From Trichinella spiralis (taxonomy: Eukaryota), in the NCBI RefSeq assembly GCF_000181795.1, contig NW_003526941.1:7884120-7919980 (forward strand): DNA of 35,861 bases, read 5' to 3'. How positions within the stretch are numbered: position 1 is the first letter of the stretch; each line of letters opens with the position of its first letter. Below, piece by piece: positions 12,065-24,900 of this stretch. The notes under the pieces are model-generated. The model searched no databases. It saw nothing but the letters and a program-made list of their open reading frames with translations, and was not told the origin of the DNA. The translations under genes and the position numbers were made by a program.

Positions 12065-12851
12065 AATGAGATGAATGATGTTTTTTTACAAAGATAGATG
12101 TATGATCATTGGTTTTTTTAAAGTTTTTCATACTGCTTTATTTCTTTTATATTTTGTTTTGCTTGTAGACGATGACAAGTTTGTTACGGGGAATATGCGT
12201 TTTCATTGTACGCCAATATTTTTTTAATCGTTGCGTTTGATAAATGAAAAAGATCAATGCTGCTGATTGGGGAAAAATTTGCCCAGCAGGTGGTGCTGAT
12301 TACAAGCTTACACAGAGGCGAGATTGACGACCGGTCACTGCTGGTCTGTGCTCAGTGGCTTGAGAAGCGGAGGCGACGGCGCGGAAAAGCGTGCAAAAGA
12401 TGGCGTTTGCTGATTTTCAACTAACCGCTCCTTGACCATGGTCGAGGATTAGAAAAGGCGGTGCACTGACCTCACCGCAGAGTTCGCCTGTTTAACAAAG
12501 CGTACAAGTCTTGTGCCTTGCCTCTTTAATTAATAATATCTGTCACATGTTTTCAATTATCATTAACTGAGCGTTGATTGGAAAGGAGGGATCAAAACAA
12601 AAAGTAGAAAAAAAACAATACTGAAAATGGTGCATGAAATTATTTTTTTTGTTGTATAATTTTAGCATTCGGATGGGGATATGGAAGAAAGAAGGGAAAA
12701 ACTATGGCTGCTGTTGTTTTTTGTGAGTTGATTGAGATTCAGCTCACATGAACACATCAGCATACACGCACGCATGCACACACTTTTACACCAGACCAAA
12801 CTAACTAACTAGCAAGCATGCATAATTTTCTTTATAAATGGGATTGTTCAT

Positions 12852-13442
12852 TTACAGTGAGCTGCTGCTGTGTCGGGATGCGATGTGACGATCCAGATCC
12901 CTTTTTCGAACTAAGCATTTCCCGCAGTGTGGACATTTCAAATTCGACTGTCCTCTAAGTTCAATTTGGTGCAGGCGAATGTGTTTGTTCAAATTACTGG
13001 GATCTCCGAACGCCCTTTGACAAATGGTGCAGCGAAGCGGCTTGAAACCGGTGTGGGTGCGAAGATGAATCTTGAGACCGTATTTTCTCGAGTACAGCTT
13101 TCCACAGTAGATGCACTGGTGACCGTCGGACGTTTTTCCCAAATTTGTAGCCAGGAATTCGATGGCACTTTTAGAAGAATCATCATCGGATTTCAATGAC
13201 TGCGCATTTGGTACTGGCAGTTGCAGCTGTTGTTGTTGAGGATGGAAATGTTTCTTCTCACCGCTGGAAACCGATGCAAGCGAAGGGTGTGGTTCGAAAT
13301 CCGTGGTGTCGTCCAACCACGGTCGAAACAGTTTCCGCTTCGTTTGTGCTGCCTCTGATTTCGGCTGCAACTGCACCGACGGTCTTGCTGTGCAATTGCT
13401 GGTCGAAGGCAGCAGCATTGTCTGCGGTTGGAATAACGCCAT
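12852..13442 (-). CDS. C2H2 zinc-finger transcription factor, PRDM13-like fingers, no PR/SET domain seen (~196 aa from the first ATG)
   Basis: Three fingers, CIYCGKLYSRKYGLKIHLRTH-TGFKPLRCTICQRAFGDPSNLNKHIRLH...CPHCGKCLVRKRDLDRHIASRH, closely match the recalled PRDM13 C-terminal finger array. The ATG at 13442 is preceded by a TTTTAG acceptor, so upstream exons or trans-splicing are possible. Confidence 0.85.
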   Translation of the reverse strand: MALFQPQTMLLPSTSNCTARPSVQLQPKSEAAQTKRKLFRPWLDDTTDFEPHPSLASVSSGEKKHFHPQQQQLQLPVPNAQSLKSDDDSSKSAIEFLATNLGKTSDGHQCIYCGKLYSRKYGLKIHLRTHTGFKPLRCTICQRAFGDPSNLNKHIRLHQIELRGQSNLKCPHCGKCLVRKRDLDRHIASRHSSSSL

Positions 13443-15430
13443 TGCTAAAACAAATGACAAACGCTTACACGCAGATACAGACAGCGGTTGCAAATTCTTC
13501 TCTTGTGTTGTATGAATAAAAAATATTTAACATAATTTTTAATTGAATTTGCATAATGGAAAGAAAATTAGTTTATTTCATTTTTGGATACAACTTTTAG
13601 ATGCTGAGAAAAAAGACATGCAAAGAAGTAGTACAATTTTGCTGCGTTCATTTTTCAACTTTATCACACAGCCTGTGTTAACCACTAGCTAAATGAGCAC
13701 CCACCCGGCTAGTTATCACTACAATACAGCGAAAAACAGCAGGCGAAACGTCGCTGTTTTATACGAAATTAAGAATTCTACAATCTTACCTGCAGTTGTT
13801 CATAAATTCGTTTGCATGCAAACGTTTTGTTGTTTAGTTGTTTTGTTTTCTCTTTCCATTGAAAAAGTGTAATTCATCTAGTTCTGGTATGGACAGTTAA
13901 TCTTGAAACATAAATGCATGCAATTTTTTCCTGTTTTTGCAATAATTATTCTTTTAATTGCAGCATCAAAGATGATCGATCATCGTAAGAGAATCGAATC
14001 AGTGAACTATCTGTGTTCAACGGGTCGACTAACATTGTTCAATAATTTGTACAATTTCGACGTGTTTCATTTCATTTCAGGTTTATGCAAATTTTCAAAT
14101 TATCCAGCAGCACTATCTTGAAATGTTGCTATATAGTCAACTTTGAGTGAGTGAGTGAACAGTATTGTTGCTGATTTGCAAATACTCGAATGTTGAATTT
14201 AATACGAATACACTTAAATGTGTTTCTTATTTATCACGTGGAAAAAGTATTCATTTATGTATTTAAAAATTTCAGAAAACATCAGGTGAACAATGTTCTT
14301 CAATGACAACTGTTTAGAAGCAAGCGGTAGCAGTGTGGCTCAGGATATTTCTTTGAAATGGTCTCAACTTGAAACGGAAAATTGTCAACTGTTTACTGAC
14401 TCATCAGAACCCATACTACGCTTGTTCGACGCGCAATGTTGAAATTTGCATATTCTTCATGAGAGGTAAGATAAAAGATGTTCTATCATTTATTTTCTCT
14501 ACTTTTGCCAGTGTGTGAAAACGGATTTTGTTTGCAATCGCGAAATTGTTATTTCATTTTTTACAATTATTACTTTTTGTATAATTGAGAATATGAGAAG
14601 AGAATTTTTTCAAATTTCTCACAGATCAGTGACGCGTTCAAAAAATTTCAAAACCATTGCACTATACAGGAGAAAGTAATCGTAGGAAGTTGAACAAAGT
14701 GAGGTCTCGATCGTATGAAAGTGATAATAAATTGCACTGAAAATGCAGTGAAATAATTTTTTCATAATTTTTGCTCCTTGTCCGCGTATGATGCCATAAA
14801 TTGGCAGGTTAATCACTTTCAACAAGCTGGTAAATTATTTCACGGATGGCTGCTAAACGAACAAGTCACTTCATTGAGCTTGTTTACGACACCCAGATGC
14901 GTAAATTTGTTCCACTACTCAACGAATCTACTTTCTAATATTTTCCTTTATTCCTTCTTCTCACTGCTCTGCTTCTTGCTAGCTTATCTTATTGATGAAA
15001 GAAAAATTTGTTTAAATTTGCCTGTTTATCCATTTTTGCGTTTTACAAATGAAACATACTTTCACAACTATTTTTACAATTCACATTAACGCAGCATACA
15101 TGCAGCATGCACACACTTGTTAGCTGAACAGTGTTAATTTTTATGTTATGCAAATTTTTCTCTTTTTGAACAACTTCACTCCAAGAATGCAATATTTTTC
15201 TGAATTCTCATCTCTGATGATAGCAACAAAAAATTGACTGCTTTTAATTTGAACGTAAATTTAATGAATGATTTGATTATTCTGTGACGTTGTCAAGTCA
15301 TTCAATAAATCAGACAGGGGGAAAATATTTTAAATGAGCTGCTGTTAAATTAAGTTATGCGTAGGAAATGAATAAATAAATAAATAAATATTTACATTTA
15401 TACAACAGACATGCATCTATTCATTAATAT

Positions 15431-15556
15431 ATGCATTCATTTATATACGCACGCACACGCACACTTCCATCACATATATACATACATGCATACATACATA
15501 AGTACATTTATGCATATGCACACGCACACACACACACATATATATACATATGTATA
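15431..15556. repeat. Mixed (CA)/(TA)/(CATA) low-complexity microsatellite
   Basis: acgcacacgc, catacatgcatacatacata and cacacacacatatatatacata runs. Confidence 0.8.
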
Positions 15557-16088
15557 ATTACCTTGAGTTATACCTTGAGTTGGAAATCTTGTACTCGCTT
15601 CGACGGGACCAAAAAATGTAAAGCCGTGTGTTAATTTTGTTATATCTAGCATCAGAAGAAGGCAGGATGAAAAAACACTGATGCGGCAGAAGGAGATGCG
15701 TCAAAATGACTGACTGGAAAAGATATTGGTGCACGGCGTTGTCTAAGATCCGGACGGTGCTAATTATAAGTTGTCAATGTTCACGCCTGGGCAGTGCAGG
15801 TCAAGACCATTTCGTGACCCAACCGGCGCCGGTCGCGCCGCTGACCCGTGCCTTGTAAGAGGATTTGTCCAGCATACCCTGCCGTGGCGGCTGCATCTTA
15901 TGCAAGCACACTTGCGCTTTCTTCAGGCCAGTTGTTTCAAGGCCGAGTGCGTCTCAATGATCTCATTTTACAGCAACATCATCACCGGTGCTCGTCGTAG
16001 CTAACTAGCTAGCTGGGAGGCTAGCTAGCTTACCAAGTAAGCTATCATGTGCAAGCTAAAGCTAGCAGCTACTGAGGAGGAGTTGTCT

Positions 16089-16170
16089 GCTGCTACTGCT
16101 GCTGCTGTTGCTGCTGCTTATGCTGCAGTTCCTGCCACCGCCATTGCTGCTTCTACTGCTATTGCTGGCG
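16089..16170. repeat. Degenerate (GCT)n trinucleotide tract
   Basis: gctgctactgctgctgctgttgctgctgct...; no long ORF covers it in the ORF track. Confidence 0.7.
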
Positions 16171-19100
16171 CCATCGTCACCACTTTTATTACTGTAATTT
16201 TATTACGATTGTAATTGTCTTTGTCAATTTTAAAAAATTTTGCTTATTGTTAGCTTGGTTGTACTCAGTTAATGCCCGTTAATTAGCTCTTGGTTATTTT
16301 GTGATTGTTTTTAATCAATAACAATGGCACAAGATTGTCGTCATCTGGTGGTGATGAGTTTTCTCAAATATGGTCAACATCTCTCAAGTGAAAGCTGTCT
16401 CTGCTTGCCTATTACAAGCATCAACATCACCATTGTTACTTTGCACTTCACACTTGCTTGCTTTTCTTGGCTTGTATAATTTGCTCTTGCTTTATTGACC
16501 CCGGCACGTGCGGACGTTTAAACGCTTCGCAGGTGTCTGAATGGAAGTAATTATGTAAAGATAAAATCAGCCTTAGCTGATCACCTCGTTCTTCCTTTTT
16601 TAATAACAAAAGAAATATAAGCCGACCTCTATCTATATGATTTCTACGGGTCGTTTCCGGTGCTTATCTGCAAATTGGATCTCATTTCACTCTGAAAGCA
16701 GTTAGACCATTTTGCTTTTTACCAGTTGAAATAGGAGCAGCAGAGCAGCGGTGATTTATCCCGTTGCGATCTTCTTCCCTTGTTCTCTTCGGAGATTTTC
16801 GGATCTTATGTAAAGATGTTTTTTTTCGTATTCCTCATCTGATTGTCGTTTGATAGAATATCTGACAATGAGAAAGAAACAGTCAGTCTATACGAAGATT
16901 TTATTATCTGATGCAAGAAATGTTGTGCTTGTGCGAACATTTTTGGTTGCATACAGTCAAGTTTTGCGGAAAAGCAAATAGCAAAGAACTTTCAGCTAAA
17001 TGTTCAGCGCTAACTGATAGTATGTGTGTCCGTGTGGAAAATTATTCATTTTTGCGCGACATGTAACCAACCACTAGTGGGATATGTATTATTTTTGCAT
17101 GTTTTGTTTTTGTTCATTTTATTTTTTTTTGCATTTACATATTGAATATTGTATAAAAGCAATACTGCATAATAGAACGAACTTTTCTAAAGTTGTAAAA
17201 TAAATTCAATTTCCAAGTGTGTGTGTGATCAGTCATTGCTGTATCCATCGGTTTGCTGTTCGTTGCATGGCAATTAATTGATTCCACACTCACACACACA
17301 CAGAGAACAAACACCGTCAGTTGAGCAGCACAATATAAATAGATCGAATATCAACTACTTACCGTTCACCAACTTTTATCAACCCATTTCAGAAATTAAT
17401 TTAGTTTAATATCATTTTTTTCCAAGCGTTTTTAGCGTTTTACATTTCTATTTTGCAATCATTTTTCAAAGCGGCAGCATCTGAAATAGATATGAAAATT
17501 AAAAATTCAATTCAACATGGATAAACAAGCATAAGTAATGATTGTTTGCTTGATAATAAAATTTGGGAAAATGAAATTTTGAGAAGGGAAAAAATTCTGT
17601 TCAGATGATACAGCTCATTAAATAATTTAAGCTTATAAGAAAGTGCGTGTGCGTGTGTGCTATTACTTATTTATTTATTTATTTATTTATTAGCTTAACA
17701 TTCACATGTGAATTTATTTTTGGGAATCATTGGAAGCAACAAGCTTTCTCAGTGATTTTTGAAAACCGTTGTTTGTTGAAGTAGTGGCGTGAATTGTTTG
17801 TTGTGCAATTGTGTGCTTTTAACGATTCCACCACTGGGGACGGTGTAGCGTGGAAGTGGAAATTTTTATTAGTGAAAAGGAAATGATCGGCAGTTTTGTT
17901 CGGCAATTTTTCACCTTCAGCTCACTTTTGATTATAATTTTTGCTTTACTCGTTTTTTCCCCCTCTCACACGAGCTATTAGACCACTTGCATGGTGCAAT
18001 TCTGTTTGCTATAAGCAATTAATTGCGGCGAAACAATGCATGCACTTTATGCATCTATGTACAGCATGCACGGATGTGTCTTGTTTGCTGATTGTCTACT
18101 GCTGTGTTTGTTGTGCTGCAAAAGTGGAATTTTTTCAAGAAAACAAAAAGCATCACAGAACATGAACAAGTTCATTTGTTGAATATGAGCAGTATGCCAT
18201 TGCCTCATCTGTTCCGTCGACAAGCATGCATATCATCCGAAGATTTTTATAGCAAAAAGCGGCAGTTCAATGCAAACATGTTTAGCGAAATGATGCATCA
18301 TCATCACCATCATTATCGTCATAACGAATGGCAAAAGTAGTTTGGCAATTTTTAATACTTTTCAACTAGGTTCGCTAAATTTTCACTAATCACTCCACTC
18401 ACTTGTACTGTATTGCTGCTAGCCCACTGACAAATAATCTTTATTTTTTTTTTCATCCAGAACCACATAAGAGAGAAATGCATCACTAATCTGAGTGGAA
18501 ATTATAAATATTTGAAATTGACATTTTCCGTTTTTGAATTTGAATAAGAAAAAACCAAACTGTATGTTTTTAACTTCCTTTTATCTGTTATGGATAATTT
18601 TATTATTTGGATAGAAAAATTGAAAATTGAATTTCTCTTCAAGTCAATTTCATTACAATTATCGTATAAAAAACAAAAACAAATTTTACTTTATTGTATG
18701 CTACTACCATTTGAAAGAAATTCATCTTCATTGAACACTGGTGTCAGATTGTTTGTTGATTAGTGATCAATTAATCGATCGACGACATCCACAGAAAACA
18801 AGAACAAATGAATTGAAATAGTTCTTTTTAAACTGGTGGTGGGATGGATGGTTGGAAAAAAAAATTTTTTTCCCACAATTCACGAAAGCAGTAAACTTGA
18901 GCAGATTCACATCCACACGTTTCAATATATGCAAGATCTTTCACGATTAAAATAATTATTGAGCATATATATATGTTTATTATTAACATAATTTATATTT
19001 TGTTTTTCTTTTTTTTTCTTTTTCACCAGCAGTCATTAAGTATTGCGTTTTCCGCTTATGCTTTTACGCTTCTATGAAAATCGTCGTCTGAAAGAGAAAA

Positions 19101-21962
19101 TTTCAGTTGTTTTTTTTTTACGAAACTGCTGCATTATATTTATCACAATTCATTTCATCAGATTCAGTTGATCAGAGTTGTAAGTTTTGCCTCAGATGCG
19201 TGCAAAAAAATCCAACAATACCTGATTATCCTTACCTATTTTGGTATTATGTAGCTTTTGTTTAATCTGAATTGGTGAACAGTTGCGAAATTAAAAGTGT
19301 AAAATACGATCAATTAAAAAAAATTATAGCACTTTTTCTTCACTGATTTTCTTTCTTTCCATTTTTTCGCTCAGTCAATATTTTTTTATTTTTCAATGAA
19401 TTATAATAATAATTTTTTGTTTTGCAATTGTTATTCTGAGCTACTAAAGTTTACTACAGAATGCACGAATAGGTCGTTCAAGTTTAAAACAGTTCAGAAC
19501 TTGATATTGTGACATTTGGATGTAGATTTATTCTAACGATTGATTCATTGATTCATCATTCGGACGAGCTTATTGTAACTTCGCAAAGTAGTTTTAAAGC
19601 ACTCAGATTTTAAAAAATTTAATCTATCGAAGTTTTAATCAACTTTTTTTAAGAAAAACAAACAACTTAGATGGGATATGTGAAGCACAAAAGAACTTTT
19701 ATTACAGAATGAGCAAATTAAATTGATTATCATCTTTCTTTTCCTTTTTTTAAAAATAATTTGTTGGTTTTCAAGATCAATAACTTTCAAGCATTCCTGT
19801 ATAATTCAGGCAATCTTTCAAAACTGCTTATGAAAATTACAATTTATTATTCCTTTATGACAAATCACTTATTGTAAGGCAAATATGTTCTCTCGTCGTG
19901 GGTATTTTTTCTTGGAAAATTGTTTCTCTCTCTCTCTCTTTCTATCTGCCCATTTATCAACTGTTCCTATTTTTATTGAAATAAATTATGCCTCATTTTG
20001 AACATATGAATATGAAGTTAAAACGGTTCTTGTGAAGAATTCTTATTTGGCATAGTTAATCAAGTTTATTCATTATGAAAAATTGAATCTCATCATAATA
20101 ATGACAAATGATATTCACAATTAGCCAAGTTATATTTATATTGTTAAAAATTAAAATCTTAAGAAAGAAATTCTTTTCACAAATTTCATTGTGCCTCTGT
20201 AACCCAATTTTTCAGTTTTACTCGCTCGTTTTATTCAGATGAAATAACCATTTAAAAAACATTCCCCCCATTGAATTTATTTGAAATTTACAAAACAATA
20301 TACACCTTGACACATTGTTGTTTCAATGAGTTTGCTTTGAAAATTTTCCAGCGTTCAAATGAAAACTCAAGTATACGAGTAAAAAAAACATGGGGCATTT
20401 TGAATTTTGTTGAAAAAAAATTTTTTTCAACTTGCTCTATTTAATACATATGCTTGCAAATAATTATCAGTTGCCGTTTACGGTATTTTACAGTACTTCA
20501 CTGGTGTATAACTTTTGAAAAAATGTTACCAATTTTTTCAACAGACGACGACACATTACTATTTTTATGCAATTTCATTTACGTGTGATAAGTTGTTTCA
20601 AGGTTTTTAATAAACACAAACAAACGTATGATGCGGCACAAAAGCTAAACTGAAAAAACAGTTGAAAAGGGGTTTTCAATTTAGAAAAAAAGCGTGCTAT
20701 ATAAATCCAACTGACTGATTTAATTTCTGGCTTCATGAGTGCAGTTGTTTTTTGTTAATTTGAGTAAGAAAAAGGTAAAAAATGAAGGAAATATGAAATT
20801 TAATCATCTCCACTTTGCCTGATTGACGTGTATGTAATAAATGGATAATTGAAAAAGAATTCAAACATTTGCATTGCCCATTATTAAATGTTCTTACTGT
20901 ATTCTATTGAACAGAAGCTGCCGTTAAACAAATTTTATGTTAATTTGTACGAAAATTTTCTTGACAATCGTTCGATTTTGTGAAGGTGAAATCAAACTTT
21001 TCAAACAATCTTCAAAAGCGATATAGTAGTTCTTTGTCACGTGAAAATTCCAAGCAGTGGACGAGTGAAATTTGATGAAATTCAATTATAGCCGTGTTGA
21101 TTGTTTATTATTATTGGCATTATCTATTATTGAATCAATACGTTGTTGTTGTCAAAAAATTTTCCTATTATTTAAGACGTTTTTTTTTCTAAACGATGTC
21201 AATTGTAGAAATTATACATCTCAAATTGTTCTGCTATTGAAATTTTCAATCAAATTCAATCGTAAAATCAACGCCTTTTGAATGTATTATATATAATAGC
21301 TGTCTCACTGCTCTTATATATTTTCTTTTCTTTTACTGAAAATTTTAGTCGGTTTTCAACTTTTTCGAAACACATCTTACTTTCATTCATTTCTACCTTG
21401 CGCTACAACAGTTGAATAAATTGTTTACAATAAATAAATCAATAAGTGAATTATTCATAAAATTGATCACGAAAGTTTCCACTTTTTCCAAAACCACTGT
21501 AAAAATAATTTCAGCTGAAAGAAAAGCAAACTTTACTTGCAATTTGATGTTTGTGAATTAATTTAATTATAAAATTATTTTATATTTTCATTATTAAAGT
21601 GATGCGTATTGAAATGAAATTCATTTATGGTTGAAAATTTTGTTCGCGTTCATTAGCAGTCGTTGAGTTTTTTTATTCATATCGATTTTAATGTTTAATA
21701 AAAATAAAATGTATATATTTATTTATTTGTATGAATATTTGAAAGATATATTTTATAAATGGACCTTTTTATTGCAAATGTTGCCTTTCGAATGTGTAAT
21801 TTTACGTAAAAGAGAATAATAGTGGAAATTAAACTTGATTACTAATACTTTCTCCGAGAGAACTGTAGGTCGGGCTTTATAAGTTCAGTGGCGCCGCGTG
21901 TGTTGGCGTCAGTCTGGCCAGTTCGCCGCGCCGGTTTGTTCTTTGTTTTGCTTAAGAGAGTG

Positions 21963-24900
21963 ATGGATCGGAGTGCTAGCATTGGTCAGCCGTTCTACGA
22001 GACGGTAGCAGGCGTCGATAAATCCAGTGTGAGTTGTTGTTCTTGGTGTCGGTGTTGCTGTTGTGGTTGCTTTTTCTTTCGTTGTTGTTGTTGTGGTTCT
22101 TGTTGCTGTTTTCACAGAGTTGCTCAGTTGTAGTTTGAAAAATTCCATTCATCTGCGCTAATTTTAGCTGGCCACATTGCTGTTCAATGGTGACAGTGGA
22201 AACGACAACGATTGCTTTTTGCCCGGCTACGTGACCGACCGCAGGATGTTGCTCCACAGGAACATCTGGTTCCCAAACCACATCGAAACACCCGAACGAT
22301 TGTCGAGCATATTGGACCTGTGCGATCAGCAAGGCTTGTTCGACCGTATGAAGAAAATCCCATCTCGACTGGCCAGCTTGGACGAGATCGAACTGTTCCA
22401 TTCGAAAGATTACGTTCAGCAAGTCGCCTCGTTCGAATCTATGGGCGCCGAAGAGCTGCAGAAAGCTTCTTCGACGTACGATTCGGTTTACGCTTGTCAG
22501 CACAGTTTTACGGCCGCTCGTTTGGCTGTTGGATCTCTGCTGAACGCGACCGAAGCGGTCTTGATGAAGCGTTGCGTCAACGCGATTGCCCTGGTCCGGC
22601 CCCCGGGTCACCACGCGATGTTGGACGCGGCCAACGGCTTTTGCCTTTTCAACAACGTCGGCATTGCAGCCGCGCACGCGTTGAACGCATTCCGCTTGGA
22701 TCGCATCTTGATCGTCGATTGGGATGTCCACTATGGGCAGGGTATTCAGCAGAAATTTATCAATTCCAAGCAGATTCTCTGCGTTTCCATTCACCGCCAC
22801 GAGTTCGGCTCATTTTGGCCCCACATGCCCGAGTCGGATTGGAACAACGTTGGACAAGACGACGGTTTGGGTTTCAACGTCAACGTACCGTTGAACGTTC
22901 GCGGTCTCGGCGACGCCGACTACTTGGCCATTTTCCATCACATTTTGCTCCCGCTGGCCATCGAATTTCAACCTCAGTTGATACTGGTGTCGGCTGGCTT
23001 TGACGCGGCAGTGGGCTGTCCAGAAGGGGAGATGTTGTTGTCTCCCCGCATTTTTGCCCATTTCACAAAAATGCTGGCCAGCGTGGCAGCCGGCCGATTG
23101 GTCATCTCGTTGGAAGGCGGCTATTGTATCCCGTCGTTGTCGTGGAGCGTTTCTTGCGTCGTGCGCGCGTTGCTCAACGATCCAATACCGAAACTGGCCG
23201 GCTTGAACGTGCCGGTCAATCCGTACGTGGTGGACGCGATGCTGTCGCTGGCTCGTCGCCTCAAACCCTACTGGAAATGCATGGGCCATTTGTTGTCGGC
23301 GGTGAACGCCACCCTGACCAGAGCTAATCAAAAGCCACTGCCGGCTCACGATTCAGTATTCTCGGCAAAGCGGACCGACCAGACCGAAGCCACCTGCACG
23401 ACCATTCTGGAAACTGGCCACGTTTCCAACCAAGACCATCTGACCAACGTGATAAGCGACATTGAAAAGTTGCAACTGCATGCCAACAAAAATGGCATCT
23501 CCGCACGCGGAAGGGTGGATTTGAGGGTCGACATGGTGACTCAGCCGTACGGCGATTTCAACTTCGACCGACTGGCTGTATTTTTGCCCGAGAAACGCTG
23601 GCGAGACGCTTTTCTCATCCAGTCGACGTGAGTTCCATCTTTCCAATTGTTGTGTATGTTTTCTTTTTTTAATATTAATAATTTTTTTGTATCCATTTCA
23701 GTCTTGCCAACGTTTCGACATTTCGCACCAGAAGAAAGGTGAGTGGAAAAAAACCCTTTTTACTTGTTGTATATATGTGTGTGTATGTGTGTAGGTAGAC
23801 ACCGGGCGTGGCTTGATAACTGATTTCAGTTTGACACTTTTTTTATCGCGAAATATGTCCATTAATATGTTAATACTGACACTTCTTCAATCTGTGTTAC
23901 TTTTCTTCTTCTTTTTTCTTTTATAATTGAAAATCTTCTTATTTAAGCGAAGTTCACTGGTTTTGTTAATAATTTTGATTCATTCATTCATTTTTTCTTC
24001 ATCTCTTATCCCTTCCAATTTCAGATTGTAAAATTATTTAAATTTATTATTTTTAATGCCCAGTCAGTAGCTGTTATTTTCATCTGGGCTGAGTTACGAA
24101 TTCGATCAGATGCTGCTATACATTCTTATTGATCGCTCAATGCACACTGAACTCGAGCTGACTAACGAACTAACTAACCAACTACTACACCGCTGCGTCA
24201 TGCTTGCAGTGCAGATTGATCACGATTGAGAGAATAATAAGAGGCTAAGCAAGAAGCAGCAGCAACAGCAGCACCGGGTGGGTGAGCTTCCAGATAGGTG
24301 TGTGATGAGCGGTTTATGGGAAATAATATACTCTTCTTTCTTGCTTTCTTTGATTTTATTATTTTTTTCTCTTCACAATTGATAAAATAATAAATCTGCA
24401 CTCACTTGTTGCTATAATAATAATAAAAATTTTCAAAAGAATATATTACACACACACACTCTCTCTCTCTCTACTAAATGAATGTATTTTTCCATATTTT
24501 TTTCTGCATTGAATTATTTTCATTAATCAGTCGAAATTTTTCTTTGTACAAAACAAATGTTTGCACAGCTATACCAACTAGAATAGCTACATTTTTGTCC
24601 CATCTCTACGATGGATCACGGTTTGTAAATTTTTAATCCAGCAAATTATTTCTACTGACAATGATACGGAAATGTAACGTTTATTTTTTGTATCAAATTT
24701 CAATACATCATATTATGTATGCAGTGTAGTTGAAAAGAAGATTAATGTCCTTGAAAAATATAGCAGCTTCAGTAGAGAATCATTATAGCAGTGCATATTT
24801 CCGCATTCCACACGAATTGAGATTCAGCCTGAATCACCAAATTAATCCGGAAGTGAGTCAGCTTTTCAAATTTCATTAAATTGAAGAAGAAAATTTTTTC

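Noticed and set aside
15771..16004. 77-aa ORF in a GC island, considered as a missing PR/SET exon or small gene
   Set aside because: Wrong strand for the zinc-finger gene, and no recognisable motif or splice context.
21888..22133. Cys-rich ORF resembling a metallothionein
   Set aside because: The Cys run comes from the (TGT)n tract of HDAC intron 1, after the donor at 22029.
21976..23349. Long antisense and alternative-frame ORFs (274, 263 and 179 aa) over the HDAC exon
   Set aside because: Expected by-product of a GC-rich coding exon; no domain features.
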